Counted from the stretch's first letter, positions 51,239 to 64,000 are shown. The stretch is 64,000 bases of DNA from Dendrobates tinctorius (GCF_039654945.1 NW_027361737.1:13020001-13084000), one strand, 5' to 3'. The notes: generated by a model not told the origin, from the sequence alone. Translations and numbers: made by a program.

Positions 51239-53389
51239 TAGTGTTGAGCATTCCGATACCGCAAGTATCGGGTATCGGCCGATACTTGCTGTATCGGAAT
51301 TCCGATACCGACTTCCGATATTTTTTCAATATCGGAATTCGGCATCGGAATCGGAAGTTCAGTTGATTGACGGCCTGACGTCATCATGATGCGCGGTGTG
51401 TGCGCATCATGATGCGCCGTCATTTCGGGCCTTCCGGGGGTCTCTGCCGGCCTGCCGGGGGGCTGTGCCGGCCTGCCGGGGGGCTGTGTGGACTGCCCGG
51501 GGTCTCTGCCGGCCTGCCGGGGGGCTGTGCCGGCCTGCCGGTGGTCTGTGCACCCTGTGGGGGTCTGTACCGGCCTGCCGGGGGGCTGTGCCGGCCTGCC
51601 GGGGGGCTGTGCTGATGTCCGGGGGTCTGTGCAAGCATCGTCCGATGGGACTACAAGTCCCATCGGGCGATGCCTGCTACCATGACAGTGATTGACACAT
51701 TAGCCAATGATGGGACAGTAGTAGTCCCATCATCCGGCTAATGTGTTAAATGTTAAAAAAAAAAAAAAAAAATACTACATACATACTACATGCATGCTAC
51801 ATACATACTACATGCTACATACATACTACATATATACTACATGCATGCTACATACATACTACATGCTACATACTACATATATACTACATACATACTACAT
51901 ACATGCTACATACATACTACATGCATGCTACATACATACTACATGCATGCTACATACATACTACATATATACTACATACATGCTACATACATACTGCATG
52001 CTACATACATACTACATACATACTACATACATACTACATGCATGCTACATGCATGCTACATACATACTACATACATACTACATACATACTACATGCATGC
52101 TACATGCATGCTACATGCATACTACATGCTACATACATACCACATACATACTACATGCATGCTACATGCATGCTACATACATACTACATGCTACATACAT
52201 ACCACATACATACTACATACATGCTACATATATACTACATGCATGCTACATACATACTACATATATACTACATGCATGCTACATACATACTACATACATA
52301 CAATACATACATAGACATACAGTACATATAACATAGAGTAACATACTTACCAATACTTGTCACATTGTTCCCCGAAGCCATTGTCTTTCCGGAATAAATA
52401 TTAACATAACAAACCACAAAAATACTCACCCACGATCCGAAGCAGTCCACGAGTGTGTCCCACGACGATCTTGGGTAGAGAACTGCAGCATCAGCTGTTG
52501 CTGCCGTTCTCTACGGGCTGCAGGAATCCAATGACGGAAGGTAGGTATCCTTCCGCACTGTATTCCTCCGCCACTTAAAAAAAAAAAAGTCCCTAGTCTC
52601 ACTTTATGCCATTGCTGCGTGGGAATTTCCCACACAGCAATGGCATAAAGTGAGACTAGGGACTTTTTTTTTTTTAAGTGGCGGAGGAATACAGTGCGGA
52701 AGGATACCTACCTTCCGTCATTGGATTCCTGCAGCCAGTAGAGAACGGCAGCAACAGCTGATGCTGCAGTTCTCTACCCAAGATCGTCGTGGGACACACT
52801 CGTGGACTGCTTCGGATCGTGGGTGAGTATTTTTGTGGTTTGTTATGTTAATATTTATTCCGGAAAGACAATGGCTTCGGGGAACAATGTGACAAGTATT
52901 GGTAAGTATGTTACTCTATGTTATATGTACTGTATGTCTATGTATGTATTGTATGAATGTATTGTATGTATGTAGTATATATGTGGTATGTATGTAGCAT
53001 GCATGTAGTATATATGTAGTATGTATGTAGCATGCATGTAGTATATATGTAGTATGTATGTAGCATGTAGTATGTATGTAGCATGCATGTAGTATATATG
53101 TAGTATGTATGTAGCATGTAGTATGTATGTAGCATGTAGTATGTATGTAGCATGCATGTAGTATATATGTAGCATGCATGTAGTATATATGTAGCATGCA
53201 TGTAGTATATATGTAGCATGCATGTAGTATGTATATGGTATGTATGTAGCATGTAGTATGTATGTAGCATGCATGTAGTATATATGTGTTATGTATGTGG
53301 TATGTATGTAGCATGCATGTAGTATGTATGTTGTATGTAGTATGAATGTAGCATGTATGTAGTATGCATGTTGTATGTATGTAGCATGT

Positions 53390-53424
<35 letters not shown>

Positions 53425-53969
53425 TTTAACACATTAGCCGGATGATGGGACTACTACTGTCCCATCATTGGCTAATGTGTCAATCACTGTCATGGTAGCA
53501 GGCATCGCCCGATGGGACTTGTAGTCCCATCGGACGATGCCTGCACAGACCCCTGGAGCCTGCACAGACCCCTGGAGCCTGCACAGACCACCGGCAGGCC
53601 GGCACAGCCCCCCGGCAGGCCGGCACAGCCCCCCGGAGCCTGCACAGCCCCCCGGCAGGCCGGCACAGCCCCCCGGCAGGCCGGCACAGCCCCCCGGAGC
53701 CTGCACAGACCACCGGCAGGCCGGCACAGACCACCGGAGCCTGCACAGACCCCCTGGCAGGCCGGCACAGCCCCCCGAAAGGCCCGTACAGACCCCAGAG
53801 AGGCTGTACAAGGGCAGGAAAGGGTTTTTCTTATTCCGATACCGGAAGTCCCATAGACTTGAATGGGACTTCCGGTATCGGAATCGGCGATACCGATACT
53901 TTTTTTAAAGATCGGCCGATACCATCCGATACGATACTTTGAAGTATCGGACGGTATCGCTCAACTCTA
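51239..53969. mobile_element. 2.7-kb palindromic non-autonomous hAT element
   Basis: TAGTGTTGAGC...GCTCAACTCTA ends, 8-bp TSD GTCATCGG, subterminal ccgata(c) repeats, and mirror arms centred at about 52626 containing a GC minisatellite and a TACA/TAC/ATGC microsatellite. Confidence 0.92.
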
Positions 53970-54285
53970 GTCATCGGTGTACTGTAATCCTGATGGCCTA
54001 TGTGATTGTTTCAACATCAGATCTTTTGTCGCCATCTACTGGACATAAAGATAAATCAGTTTAGTCTCTGATTTTAGGCAAAAGATTTCAAATCTGCGAA
54101 TTGATGTGTTTTTTTGTTCTTATGTTTTTGTATTTCTGTATTGTAATAAACTTTTTATATTTTAGTTTAGAAAAGGAATCATGCAATAAATGATGCCGGA
54201 GATGGTTCACAATGTCCTTTTAAGTGATATATAGAGTATTACAATTGCTATTGCAGTAATTCACTTTGTATCTTTACATTAAAAG

Positions 54286-54372
54286 GATCGGAGCAAGTCT
54301 TTGTTTCCCATATGCTGCAGAAAGCTAAAATTGAAGTGAAAGAGGATGGTACGAAAGCCTCAGCAGCCACCA
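54286..54372 (+). CDS. SERPINE2: SERPINE2 coding exon 6 (87 nt, hinge region)
   Basis: (R)SEQVFVSHMLQKAKIEVKEDGTKASAAT; AAG acceptor and gtaagt donor. Confidence 0.94.
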
Positions 54373-54484
54373 GTAAGTAACACCATGATAAATAGACAGT
54401 CGCCATACCTTCTTCTTTCCAGGCTTGAGAGCTCCTGTGTTTCACTAGTCTGGCCTGGGATCTGGGTGCTGACCCTACTCTTTA

Positions 54485-55378
54485 GGCTATGTGCACACGT
54501 AGCGGAACTCTCGCGGAAGTTACCGCGAGAATTCTGGAATTCCGTTCAGCGGGAAAATCGCATTTTAAATTCCCGCGATTTTCCTGCGGAGCGTAATTAG
54601 CTTGCAGAATGCTAGCGTTTTCCAAGCGATCTGGAGCATCGCTTGGAGAACTGATTGACAGGTTGGTCACACTCGTCAAACATAGTGTTTGACTAGTGTG
54701 ACCAACTTTTTACTACTGAGGCTGCCAATGCAGCATCAGTAGTAAAAGATAAAATGTAAAAAATAATAAAAAAAAATATTGTTATTCTCACCTTCCTGCG
54801 TCCCGCGCAGCCTTCCCGCCTCTCTCCACACTCCCGGTCCCAGTAATCCTTTGCGCAAATGACCGCGAGACGTCGCGCTCCCGTGACGTCATCGCAAATG
54901 ACCGCGAGACGTCGCGCTCCCGCGAGTTCTCGACATCATCGCGGTCATTCTTGCAAAGGATTACTGGGACCGGGAGCTTGGAAAGAGGCGGGAAGGCTGC
55001 GCGGGACGCCGGAAGGTGAGAATAACAATATTTTTTATTTTAATTCATTTTTTTACAGGGATATGGTACCCACAGCCCAGATGACAGTCTCCTCTCCTCC
55101 ATCCGCAAATGTTACTTTTTGCATGGTGGGCACAGCCACATGCGGGAAGTAAGTGGAACAATGCAATCCTATGGGTGCGGGATCGCCGCGATTCCGCTAA
55201 ATTAATGAGCATGCTGCGTTTTTTACCGCATAGCGATTCCACCGCGGAGAAAACCGCAGCATTAGCACAGCATTGTGGAATCCCATAGGATTGCATGCGA
55301 TGCTTATTTTTCACGTTTTCGTGGCAAAATCACGCATTTAAAACCGCCGCGAAAACACCGCAACGTGTGAACTCGGCC
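54485..55378. mobile_element. Harbinger-type palindromic MITE
   Basis: ggctatgtgcacacgt...acgtgtgaactcggcc ends, TTA TSD, and an internal hairpin at about 54770-55040. Confidence 0.82.
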
Positions 55379-55649
55379 TTACAGGGAGTGTGTCCTCACA
55401 AAATGACTGTTCAAACAAAGCACACCACTTAACAGGGGTCATAGCCCTAATAAAAATCGTAACCTTAGCGTCCAAATCCGTTGCTCCATTGGCAAGAAAT
55501 TCTTTATTCTAATATGCTAATGAGGAGCTAATGTATCACAGGGTGAGTCGAGCACCACATTGGCATACTTGTGTTTGCACAAATTGTTGTTGTTCAGATA
55601 TTCTAATGAGGCATTTGGTGCAGCTTCGGTGCACCTAGCACCTCATTAG

Positions 55650-55875
55650 TAGTGTTGAGCATTCCGATACTGCAAATATCGGGTATCGGCCGATATTTGC
55701 TGTATCGGAATTCCGATACCGAGTACCGATATTTTTACAATATCGGATACCGGAATCGGAAGTTCCCATAATGCAATGAGCCAGTGTTGTGGCTGTGATT
55801 GGCTGCTGAAATGATGTCATCATGATGCGCGGTCGGTGCGGGCCTGCCGGGGGTCTGTGCGAGCCTGCCGGGGGT

Positions 55876-55909
<34 letters not shown>

Positions 55910-57368
55910 GAGGCATCGTCCGATGGAACTACAAGTCCCATCGGGCTATGCCTGCTACAATGACAGTGATTGACACATTAGCCAATGATGGGACAGTAGT
56001 AGTCCCATCATCCGGCTAATGTGTTGAATGTAAAAAAAAAAAAAAGCATACATACTACATATATACTACATTCATACAACATACATGCATACATACTACA
56101 TACATACTACATATACTACATTCTTACAACATACATGCATATGTACTACATACATACTACATATACAGTACTACATTCTTACAACATACATACTACATTC
56201 ATACATACAATACATACATATAGACATACAGTACATATAACATAGAGTACATACTCACCATCACTTGTCACTTTGATCCCCGAAGCCAGTGTCATAAAAA
56301 TATTAAAATAACAAACAAGTGATATACTCCCTGATCCGCAGAAATCCACGAGTGTCCCATGACGATCTCCTGCAGTGCATCACTGAGAGGTTACTATGGT
56401 TCACTGGTCTCACTTTATGGCAAAAGCTGCGTGGGAACTGTCTCACACAGCAATGCCAAAAGTGAGACTAAGGACTATTTTTTTTTTACAGTGGTGGAGG
56501 AATATAGTGCGGAAGGATACCTACCTCCCGTCATTGTATTCCTGGGGCCCCTAGAGAGAGGTGGCATCAGCTGATGCTGCTGTTCTCCACGGGAGATCAT
56601 CGTGGGACACTCGTGGATTTCTGCAGATCAGGGAGAATATTGGTTGTTTGTTGTTTTAATATTTTTTTAAAGATGACACTGGCTTCGGGGATCAAAGTGA
56701 CAAGTGATAGTGAGTATGTACTCTGTTATATGTACTGTATGTATGTATTGTATGAATGTAGGAATGTATTGTATGTAGTATGTATGTTGTATGTCTGTAG
56801 CATGTTTTATGTATGTTGTATGAATGTAGTATGTATGTAGCATGTAGTATGTATGTTGTACGTATGTATGAAGTATGTATGTTGTATGAATGAATGTAGT
56901 ATGAATGTTTTATATATGTCGTATGTATGTTTTTTGTTTTTTTTTTCACATTCAACACATTAGCCGGATGATGGGACTACTACTGCCCCATCATTGGCTA
57001 ATGTGTCAATCACTGTCATTGTAGCAGGCATAGCCCGATGGGACTTGTAGTCCCATCGGACGATGCCTGCGCACACACACGCATAGACCCCCGGCAGGCC
57101 CCCGAGAGGCCCGTACAGACCCCGCACACACAGACGCACAGTGTCCGCCCACGCACCGCCCACTCCCCCCCCCCCCCCCCCCCTCCTCCCGAACTGGATG
57201 TGCAAGTAAAGAAAGGGATTTTTTTAATTCCGATATTTCTGTCCCATTGACTTGAATGGGGTTTCCGGTATCGGTATCGGAATCGGCAATGCCCGATACT
57301 TTTTGGGTATCGGTCCGATCCAATCCGATCCGATACTTCATGGTATCGGATGGTATCGCTCAACATTA
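55650..57368. mobile_element. Second palindromic hAT element of the same family as 51239-53969, inserted in a T2-like MITE
   Basis: TAGTGTTGAGC...GCTCAACATTA ends, 8-bp TSD CTCATTAG, and the same arm modules as the first copy. Confidence 0.92.
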
Positions 57369-57586
57369 CTCATTAGCATATTTGAATAAAGAATTTCTTG
57401 TGGAAATGCAGCAATGGATTTGGACATTAAAGTTTGACTTTTTTCTTTTTATACTAGGGCTATATCCCCTTTTGAAATGCTGTTCTTGGTTGGAACAGTC
57501 ATTTCGTGCAGACATATGCTCCCTACTGATGGGTTTATGCCCAGATTGCAGAAGAATAGGTAAATAATAGTTCTTTTCATTTACAG

Positions 57587-57670
57587 CGGCAATTTTAATA
57601 GCAAGATCCTCTCCTCCTTGGTTTATAGTGGACAGACCATTCTTGTTTTTCATCAGACATAACCCAACAG
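57587..57670 (+). CDS. SERPINE2: SERPINE2 coding exon 7 (84 nt, reactive centre loop, P1-P1' Arg-Ser)
   Basis: [27 protein letters not shown]; cag / gtgagc junctions. The final exon was not found in the window. Confidence 0.97.
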
Positions 57671-58136
57671 GTGAGCGTTTCTGTCTTCATACCTAATTTT
57701 TCATAGTGTAAGATTGGGAATGTGCACGCGTTTACAGTACTAGCGGCAGATTTTTAACTGCAAAAAAACAGCGTTGACAAAAAACCTGTAAAATTTGGGC
57801 ATTTTTTTAATTGCGTTTTTGCTTGCATTTTTCTCAGTGCACTTGAATGGTTGAAAAATGCTGCAAAAACACAAACAAGAAACCTTACCCTGCAGATTTA
57901 AAAAAATAAAAAAATGCCTTCAAATTAAAAAAGCAGCATGGCATAAAATCTCATTCACTTTTTCTGGTTGTGTAAAATGTTATGTTTTTCCACTTAAAAA
58001 TGCAATGTGTAAACAAGCCACTAACCAGATGTCATCCAGATGTTTTTAAGAGGAGAAAGGGAAAAATCTGCGGTCGTGCTCCTCTGGGGGTGGCTTATCT
58101 CCAGGGGGAACATAAGCATCCACTGTTTGGCCCTAA

Positions 58137-58537
58137 AGGTACTGTCACACTTAGCGATGGACCAGCGATCCCGACCAGCGATATGACGCGGTCAGGATCG
58201 CTGGTGCATCGCTAAGTGGTCGCTAGTGAGCTGCCACACAGGCAGATGTCACCAGTGACATCGCTGGGGTCGCTACTTACCTGTCACACCAGGCGATCCT
58301 GACGTCCTCCCGCCCGCTTCCACGCTCGTCGCTCCTCTCTCCACAGGAAGCCCAGCAGGAAGCTGATGACGAGAAACGGTCCAGGACGTTCTCGCACGAT
58401 CAGCGATAATCAGCGGGGGAGCCGGTCGGAGGTAAGTATCAGACATAGTGATGTCGCTAGCAATATCGCTAGAACGTCACAAAACCTGTGACGTTCTAGC
58501 GATATTGCTAGCGATATCGCTTAGTGTGACAGGCCCT
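58137..58537. mobile_element. Harbinger-type MITE
   Basis: aggtactgtcacact...agtgtgacaggccct ends with TAA TSD. Confidence 0.82.
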
Positions 58538-59869
58538 TAAGATGACCGATCCTTATCATGCACAACATCATGTGTCTGATTAGAGTCAGGAGGCCTCCAT
58601 ACAGATAGGTGGTTGGGCATGCTGGAATTGGTGGGTTCAGTCCTCTTCAATCTACCGTGTGCAGAAGAATCTACTGTCTGGTGTATGGAGGCTTGGCACA
58701 TATAAAACCTTGATTTTAATTTGGATTATACAAAACCTTTTATTTGCATACTAAAAGTTGAACTTGCCAATATCGATGGGACCAGCCAGCTATCTTGTAT
58801 GTATATTGATGTCTTTAGATGATGGAGAGAAGTAAAGAAGAGTCAGGCATAGTTCCCCTCATGAGTGATGAGCTGCTTCTGGCTGCAGCTAACTCTCTTC
58901 TCATTGGGAGCTCATGAGCACTCAGCTGAATGGAGTGTGCTTACAGTATGTCTGGGGTGGGTCTGGGTCAGGAGGAATACCTATGTACTGAACAAATGTT
59001 CTGCTGATGGCTTTTGATGGATATGGCCATCTTAAGTTTAAGACTCAAATATGAGTTATCCAGAGAAGAGTTGTCATTAGTAAAGGAGTTTAAAGCCACA
59101 CTCTCAGTATTTGGTCCGTAATTTACAACAGTATTTGTAATCCCCCCCCCCCCCCCAAAAAAAAAAAAAGTGGGTTGCAGATACTGGAGTGGTGACATGT
59201 TTCTATTATACCTTTTCTCTGATTGTTCCTCACCTGGTTTTGGCTTACAAATACTGATGTGACCGTAGCATTAATATGGCCACACACCTTGGGTTGACCC
59301 AACCAACCTTTTTCGTCAGGAATAGATGAGAATCAAATGACCAGCATTTGTTTTTTTTTTTCTCTTGTTCAAGAGGAAAGAGGCATTTCAACATGTCCTA
59401 TTCTTTGTCCTTCGATGAGATGAACTGCTGCCACAAGTGTTCTTACTGAGCACTCTCCATTCTGAACAAATTATCGCTCAGCCACATTGTGTTTGGGAAG
59501 TTTTTTAGGAATGGCGGTTGGCCAACAACTATTTAAAGTATAAGGTTAAGGATATATAGAGGATTTTTGCAGTGTAGCGGTTTGTTAAAGGGAATCTGTC
59601 AATAAGTTTTGCCCTTGGCAAGAAGCAGTATTGCTCTGAAGAACAGTGTAAAACTTTCCAAGGATGTTGTGTTTTTTTTCTTTTTTTGCTGTTTGCTCCA
59701 TTGCTGTGAGATTCTTCTTCTATTCACTTGCAAATTTGCTTTGACAGTGTATTGTTGGACCTATAAGTGGACTTACAATCTTCCCTTATCCCCTCCAGTA
59801 CACTTCTTGATTGACAGTTTAGAGCATAGGTGACATCATGCCTGTGGCTCCACTTGTCAGTCATGCAGG

Positions 59870-61025
59870 TGTGGCACCACAGAGGTACTGCACTTCACCC
59901 AGAGTTGTGGTATCCCACATCCCAGGTAAGGTGGAGGCACCCAACAGTACTCTTACACCAGCATCCAACACATCCTATAGCAGCAGGGCATCTGGATGTA
60001 CCCTACGGGAGGATGATCTCAACCCTGTCTGGGTGGTAAAGGGTGTTGGGAGGAGGGTGGAGCTAGTAGGATGAGAACGGGAGAATGGAGTTCAGTGGGG
60101 AGTCCACCCTGAGGGGAGGAAGTGGAAGGATGTGTGTAAAGCATCTCCTGGTCAGAGGAGCTGCTGGGAATGGAAAGACTGAAGGAAGCTCCCTGAAGAG
60201 GGAAGGGATCCTAGAGGCACGGTACAGCGACCATACTGTCCATGGGGCTCGTTTCACGCCGGCTGATGTCGGAGGGATCAGGTTGCAGTTTAGGGACTGG
60301 CCCTAAAACTAGTGAAGTGGTCAATGGACTTGGCTAGATAAACCAGAGGCTCCGAGCATTGCAAGTGCTACAGCCAAATCCACAATTATTTGCTGAAAAG
60401 GCAGACACATAGGATCCAGGGACCTAGAGGTTATTCCTGCCAAGATCTGAATCTGCTGGCTTGGGACACTGTTTGTTTGTGAAGGTGCTGGAAGGAGGGA
60501 AGAAATCAGCACAGGGAGATGGCCAGGAAATGAACACACTGAAGGGAGTTCTGGAAAGGTGTTCTCCATCTTCCTGGAAGTTTGCTGGACCCCTCACCTG
60601 GATGGACGCAGCACCAAGTGGGCATCCATGCACACAAGAATTGTGAATAAAGCTTTGGAACTGCACCCACCTGTGTCCTCTGAATTCTTTCTAAAACACC
60701 TACTCAGCACTGCTACATCCACCACTACCAAATACAACATCTTTGCTAGCACCACTGCCCTGAGACAAAAGCTCTACCTGTGGAGAGCTATTACAATTCT
60801 GGAATAGCTCACACCATCATTCCCAGAGGATCTGTACTGCAGCGCTGGTCACCTCTAACCAGAAACCACAGGTGGCGTCACAAACACTTTACAAACTCTA
60901 TTTTTCCCATGTAAATATCCCCTTTAATTGGATGCCCAGGGCCACGGACCGGGTCACAGCTGCCGTGACACATTCCTTTAAGTGGTCCAGTACAGAGTAT
61001 CCCCACTGCCCTGGCAGGCGCTCCA
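59870..61025. mobile_element. Solo LTR (relative of 47985-49244) inside a T2-type MITE (about 59589-61304)
   Basis: Shares ccacagaggtactgcac, catcccaggtaaggtgg, accacaggtggcgtcacaaa and cccagggccacggaccgggtca blocks. The host MITE ends are agggaatctgtc / gacagattccat. Confidence 0.75.
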
Positions 61026-61677
61026 CAAGAGAGCCTGTGGCTACACTTGTCAGTCATGCACGAGAGCCTGTGGCTCCACTTGTCAGTCATGCGCGGGTGC
61101 AGCGCTGGCTAAGAGGAGCAGAGAAACACAAATGATAAAACCAATAGCGCACTTGGGAAGCTAATTTGCATGTGAATAGAAGAATTTCACAGCAAGAGAG
61201 CATCAAATGGCAACAGAAAAGGTAGCTTTGGAAGGGTTTTGGACTGTTCTTTTCTGCATTACTTCTGCTTGCCTAGGGAAAATCTTACTGACAGATTCCA
61301 TTTAAAGAGGACCTGTCACCAGATCAAGTTTTTGCTTTTATTTTGCTCCAATTTATTATGTCTTAATATTATTATAATTAGTATTATGTATTTATTAAAT
61401 ATGAATAACTAGATTTTTATTTCAACACTGCTCCAGAGATGTGAAAAAATTATTTTTTAGTGCTATTTTGTAAATTTGTGTGGTCATTAACAAAAGGGCG
61501 TGGCTCAGCAGAATTCTCAGGGGCGTATCTTTAGGCTGTTCTTCGAGCACTCTCTGGCCACTTTTGATCTTGTAACTGGTTTTCTTTTAAACATTAAGCT
61601 TCAGCTGAAGCCAAAAGCTGCTGAATGCATGCAACACAATCTTGTGGACTTTTAGCGTTTAATATTTTAGGATAAGT

Positions 61678-63954
61678 TTAACCCCTTAACAACCGTCGAT
61701 ACACCTTTTAATGGCGGCAATTAACCCCTTCATGACCCAGCCTATTTTGACCTTAATGTCCTGACCATTTTTTGCAATTCTGACCAGTGTCCCTTTATGA
61801 GGTAATAACTCAGGAACACTTCAACGCATCCTAGCGATTCTGAGATTTGTTTTTTTGTGACATATTGCGCTTCATGTTAGTGGTAATCGTAGGTTGATAA
61901 TTTTTGCGTTTATTTGTGAAAAATATGGAAATTTGGTGGAAATTTTGAACATTTTGCAATTTTCAAATTTTGAGTTTTTATTCTGTCAAACCAGAGAGTT
62001 ATGTGACACAAACTAGTTAATAAATAACATTTCCCACATGTCTACTTTACATTGGCACAATTTTGGAATCAATTTTTTTTTTGTTTAGGAAGTTATAAGG
62101 GTTAAAAGTTGACCAGCAATTTCTCATTTTTACAACGAAATTTACAAAACCATTTTTTTAGGGACCACTTCACATTTGAAGTTACTTTGAGGGGTCTATA
62201 TGGCAGAAAATACCCAAAAGTGACACCATTCTAAAAACTGCACCCCTCAAGCTACTAAAAACTACATTGAAGAAGATTATTAACCCTTCAGGTGCTTCAC
62301 AGGGACTAAAGCAACATGGAAGAAAAAAATGGACATTTTAATTTTTCCAACAAAAATTTTTTTTTAGCATTAATTTTTTCATTTTCACATGGGCAACAGG
62401 ATAAAATGGATCCCAAAATTTGTTGGGCAATTTCTCCTGAGTACACCAATACCTCATATGTGGTCATAAACCATTGTTTGGGTGCACGGCAGGGCCCGGA
62501 AGGGAAGGAGCGCCATTTGACTTTTTGAATGGAAAATATGCTGGAATATTTAGCGGTTGCCATGTCGTGTTTGGAGAGTCCCTGTATACCTAAACTTTGG
62601 AGCTCCCCCACAAGTGACCCAATTTTGGAAACTAGACCCCCAAAGGAACTTATCTAGCTGTGTGGTGAGCACTTTGAACCCCCAAGTGCTTCACAGAAGA
62701 TTATAAAACAGGGCAGAAAAAATCATTTTTTTTCCTCAAAAATTATATTTTAGCAAGCTAATTTTTATTTTCACAAGGGAAACAGGAGAAATTGGACCCC
62801 AAAAGTTGTTGTCCAGTTTGTCCTGAGTACTCTGGTATCTCATATGTGGGGGGGACCACTGTTTGGGGGCACGGCAAGGCTCAGAAAGGAAGGAGCGCCA
62901 TTTGACATTTTGAATGGAAAATTAGCTCCAATCGTTAGTGGACACCATGTCGTGTTTGGAGAGCCCCTGTGTGCCTAACTTTGTAGCTCGCCACAAATGA
63001 CCCCATTTTGTAAACTAGGAAACTAAACCCCCTAAGGAACTTATCTAGATGCTTAGTGAGCACTTTGAACCTCCAGGTGCTTCATAGAAGTTTATAATGC
63101 AGAACTGTGAAAATAAAATTTTTTTTTTTCCTCAAAATGATTTTTTAGCAGACAATTTTTTATTTTCACAAGGGTAACAGGAGAAATTCGACCCCAAAAG
63201 TTATTTTCCAGTTTGTCCCGAGTATGATGGTACCCCATATGTGGGGGTAAACCACTGTTTGGGCACACGTCAGGCCTCGGAAGGGAAGTAGTAACGTTTT
63301 GAAATGCCGACTTGATGGAATGGTCTGCGGTTGTCATGTTACGTTTGCAGAGCTTCTGATGTGCCTAAACAGTGGAAACCCCCCACAAGTGACCCCAATT
63401 TGGAAACTAGACCGCTAAAGGAACTTATCTAGATGTGTGGTGAGCACTTTGAACCCCCAAGTGCTTCACAGAATTTTATAACGCCCAGGTGTGAAAATAA
63501 AAAAATCATTTTTTTTCCCACAAAAATCATTTTTTTATCCCCCAATTTTTTATTTTCCCAAGGGTAACAGGAGAAATTAGACCCCCAAAGTTGTTGAGCA
63601 ATTTTTCCTGAGTACGCTGATATCCCATATGTGGGAGAAAACTACTGTATGGGCACACGTCAGGGCTCGGAATGGAGGGAGCACTGTTTGACTTTTTGAA
63701 CGCAAAATTGGCTGGAATAAATGGTGGCGCCATGTCATGTTTGGAGACCCCCTGATGTGGCTAAAAAGTGGAAACCCCTCAAGTCTAACTCCAATCCTAA
63801 CCCCAACACACCCCTAACCCTAATCCCAACCCAAATCATAACCCTATCCTCAACACACACCTAACCCTAATCCCAACTCTAATCCTAACCACAAGCCTAA
63901 CCCTAATCCCAACTCCAGCCCACCCCTAATCCTAACCCTAATTCCAACCCTATC
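61678..63954. mobile_element. piggyBac-like (TTAA-CCC) non-autonomous elements, nested, with internal ~390-bp tandem repeats
   Basis: ttaacccctt starts at 61678 and 61721; ggaacttatctag recurs at about 62645, 63036 and 63420. Confidence 0.7.
63790..63953 (+). repeat. Degenerate telomere-like (CCCTAA/CCCAAC) array
   Basis: ccctaaccctaatcccaac variants. Confidence 0.8.
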
Positions 63955-64000
63955 TGTTATGATTGGGTCACAGATGAGGAAAGCAAGACCAAGCTAAGCC
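63955..64000. mobile_element. Start of another LTR resembling the 39090 chromovirus LTR (runs off the window)
   Basis: tgttatgattgggtcac versus tgttatgattgagtcac. Confidence 0.55.

Noticed and set aside
51743-53314. Long His/Tyr/Thr/Cys-rich ORFs in all frames
   Set aside because: Translation of a stop-free TACA/TAC/ATGC microsatellite inside a palindromic MITE.
51232-53908. Pro/Gly/Arg-rich repetitive ORFs
   Set aside because: GC-rich minisatellite in the hAT element arms; open in all frames on both strands.

Overview
Eukaryotic genomic DNA, almost certainly anuran (frog), inferred from the serpin sequence and the MITE/DIRS/Penelope-rich repeat landscape. The only host gene is SERPINE2 (protease nexin-1) on the + strand. 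Seven coding exons lie between 27323 and 57670 with canonical GT-AG junctions and consistent phases. The non-coding first exon and the short last coding exon were not found and probably lie outside the window. Almost everything else is nested transposable elements: a Penelope-like endonuclease fragment, CR1 and RTE-X-like LINEs, a structurally complete DIRS1 element, a BEL/Pao element inside a Tc1, a mariner, a Tf1/sushi chromovirus nested in a non-autonomous LTR element, solo LTRs, and many palindromic hAT/Harbinger/Kolobok-type MITEs. There is one 140-N gap. Two features stand out. (1) A very young non-coding insertion at 15382-17541, made of three tandem 542-bp units plus an inverted unit and bounded by a 14-15-bp TSD; each unit has a nested double-pseudoknot motif ordered like an HDV-type ribozyme, so it is a candidate new retrozyme-like element. 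(2) A non-autonomous, tRNA-Ser-primed LTR element at 36759-46057 that carries a decayed cold-shock-domain ORF instead of pol. All structure and family calls were made by eye and need computational or experimental checking.
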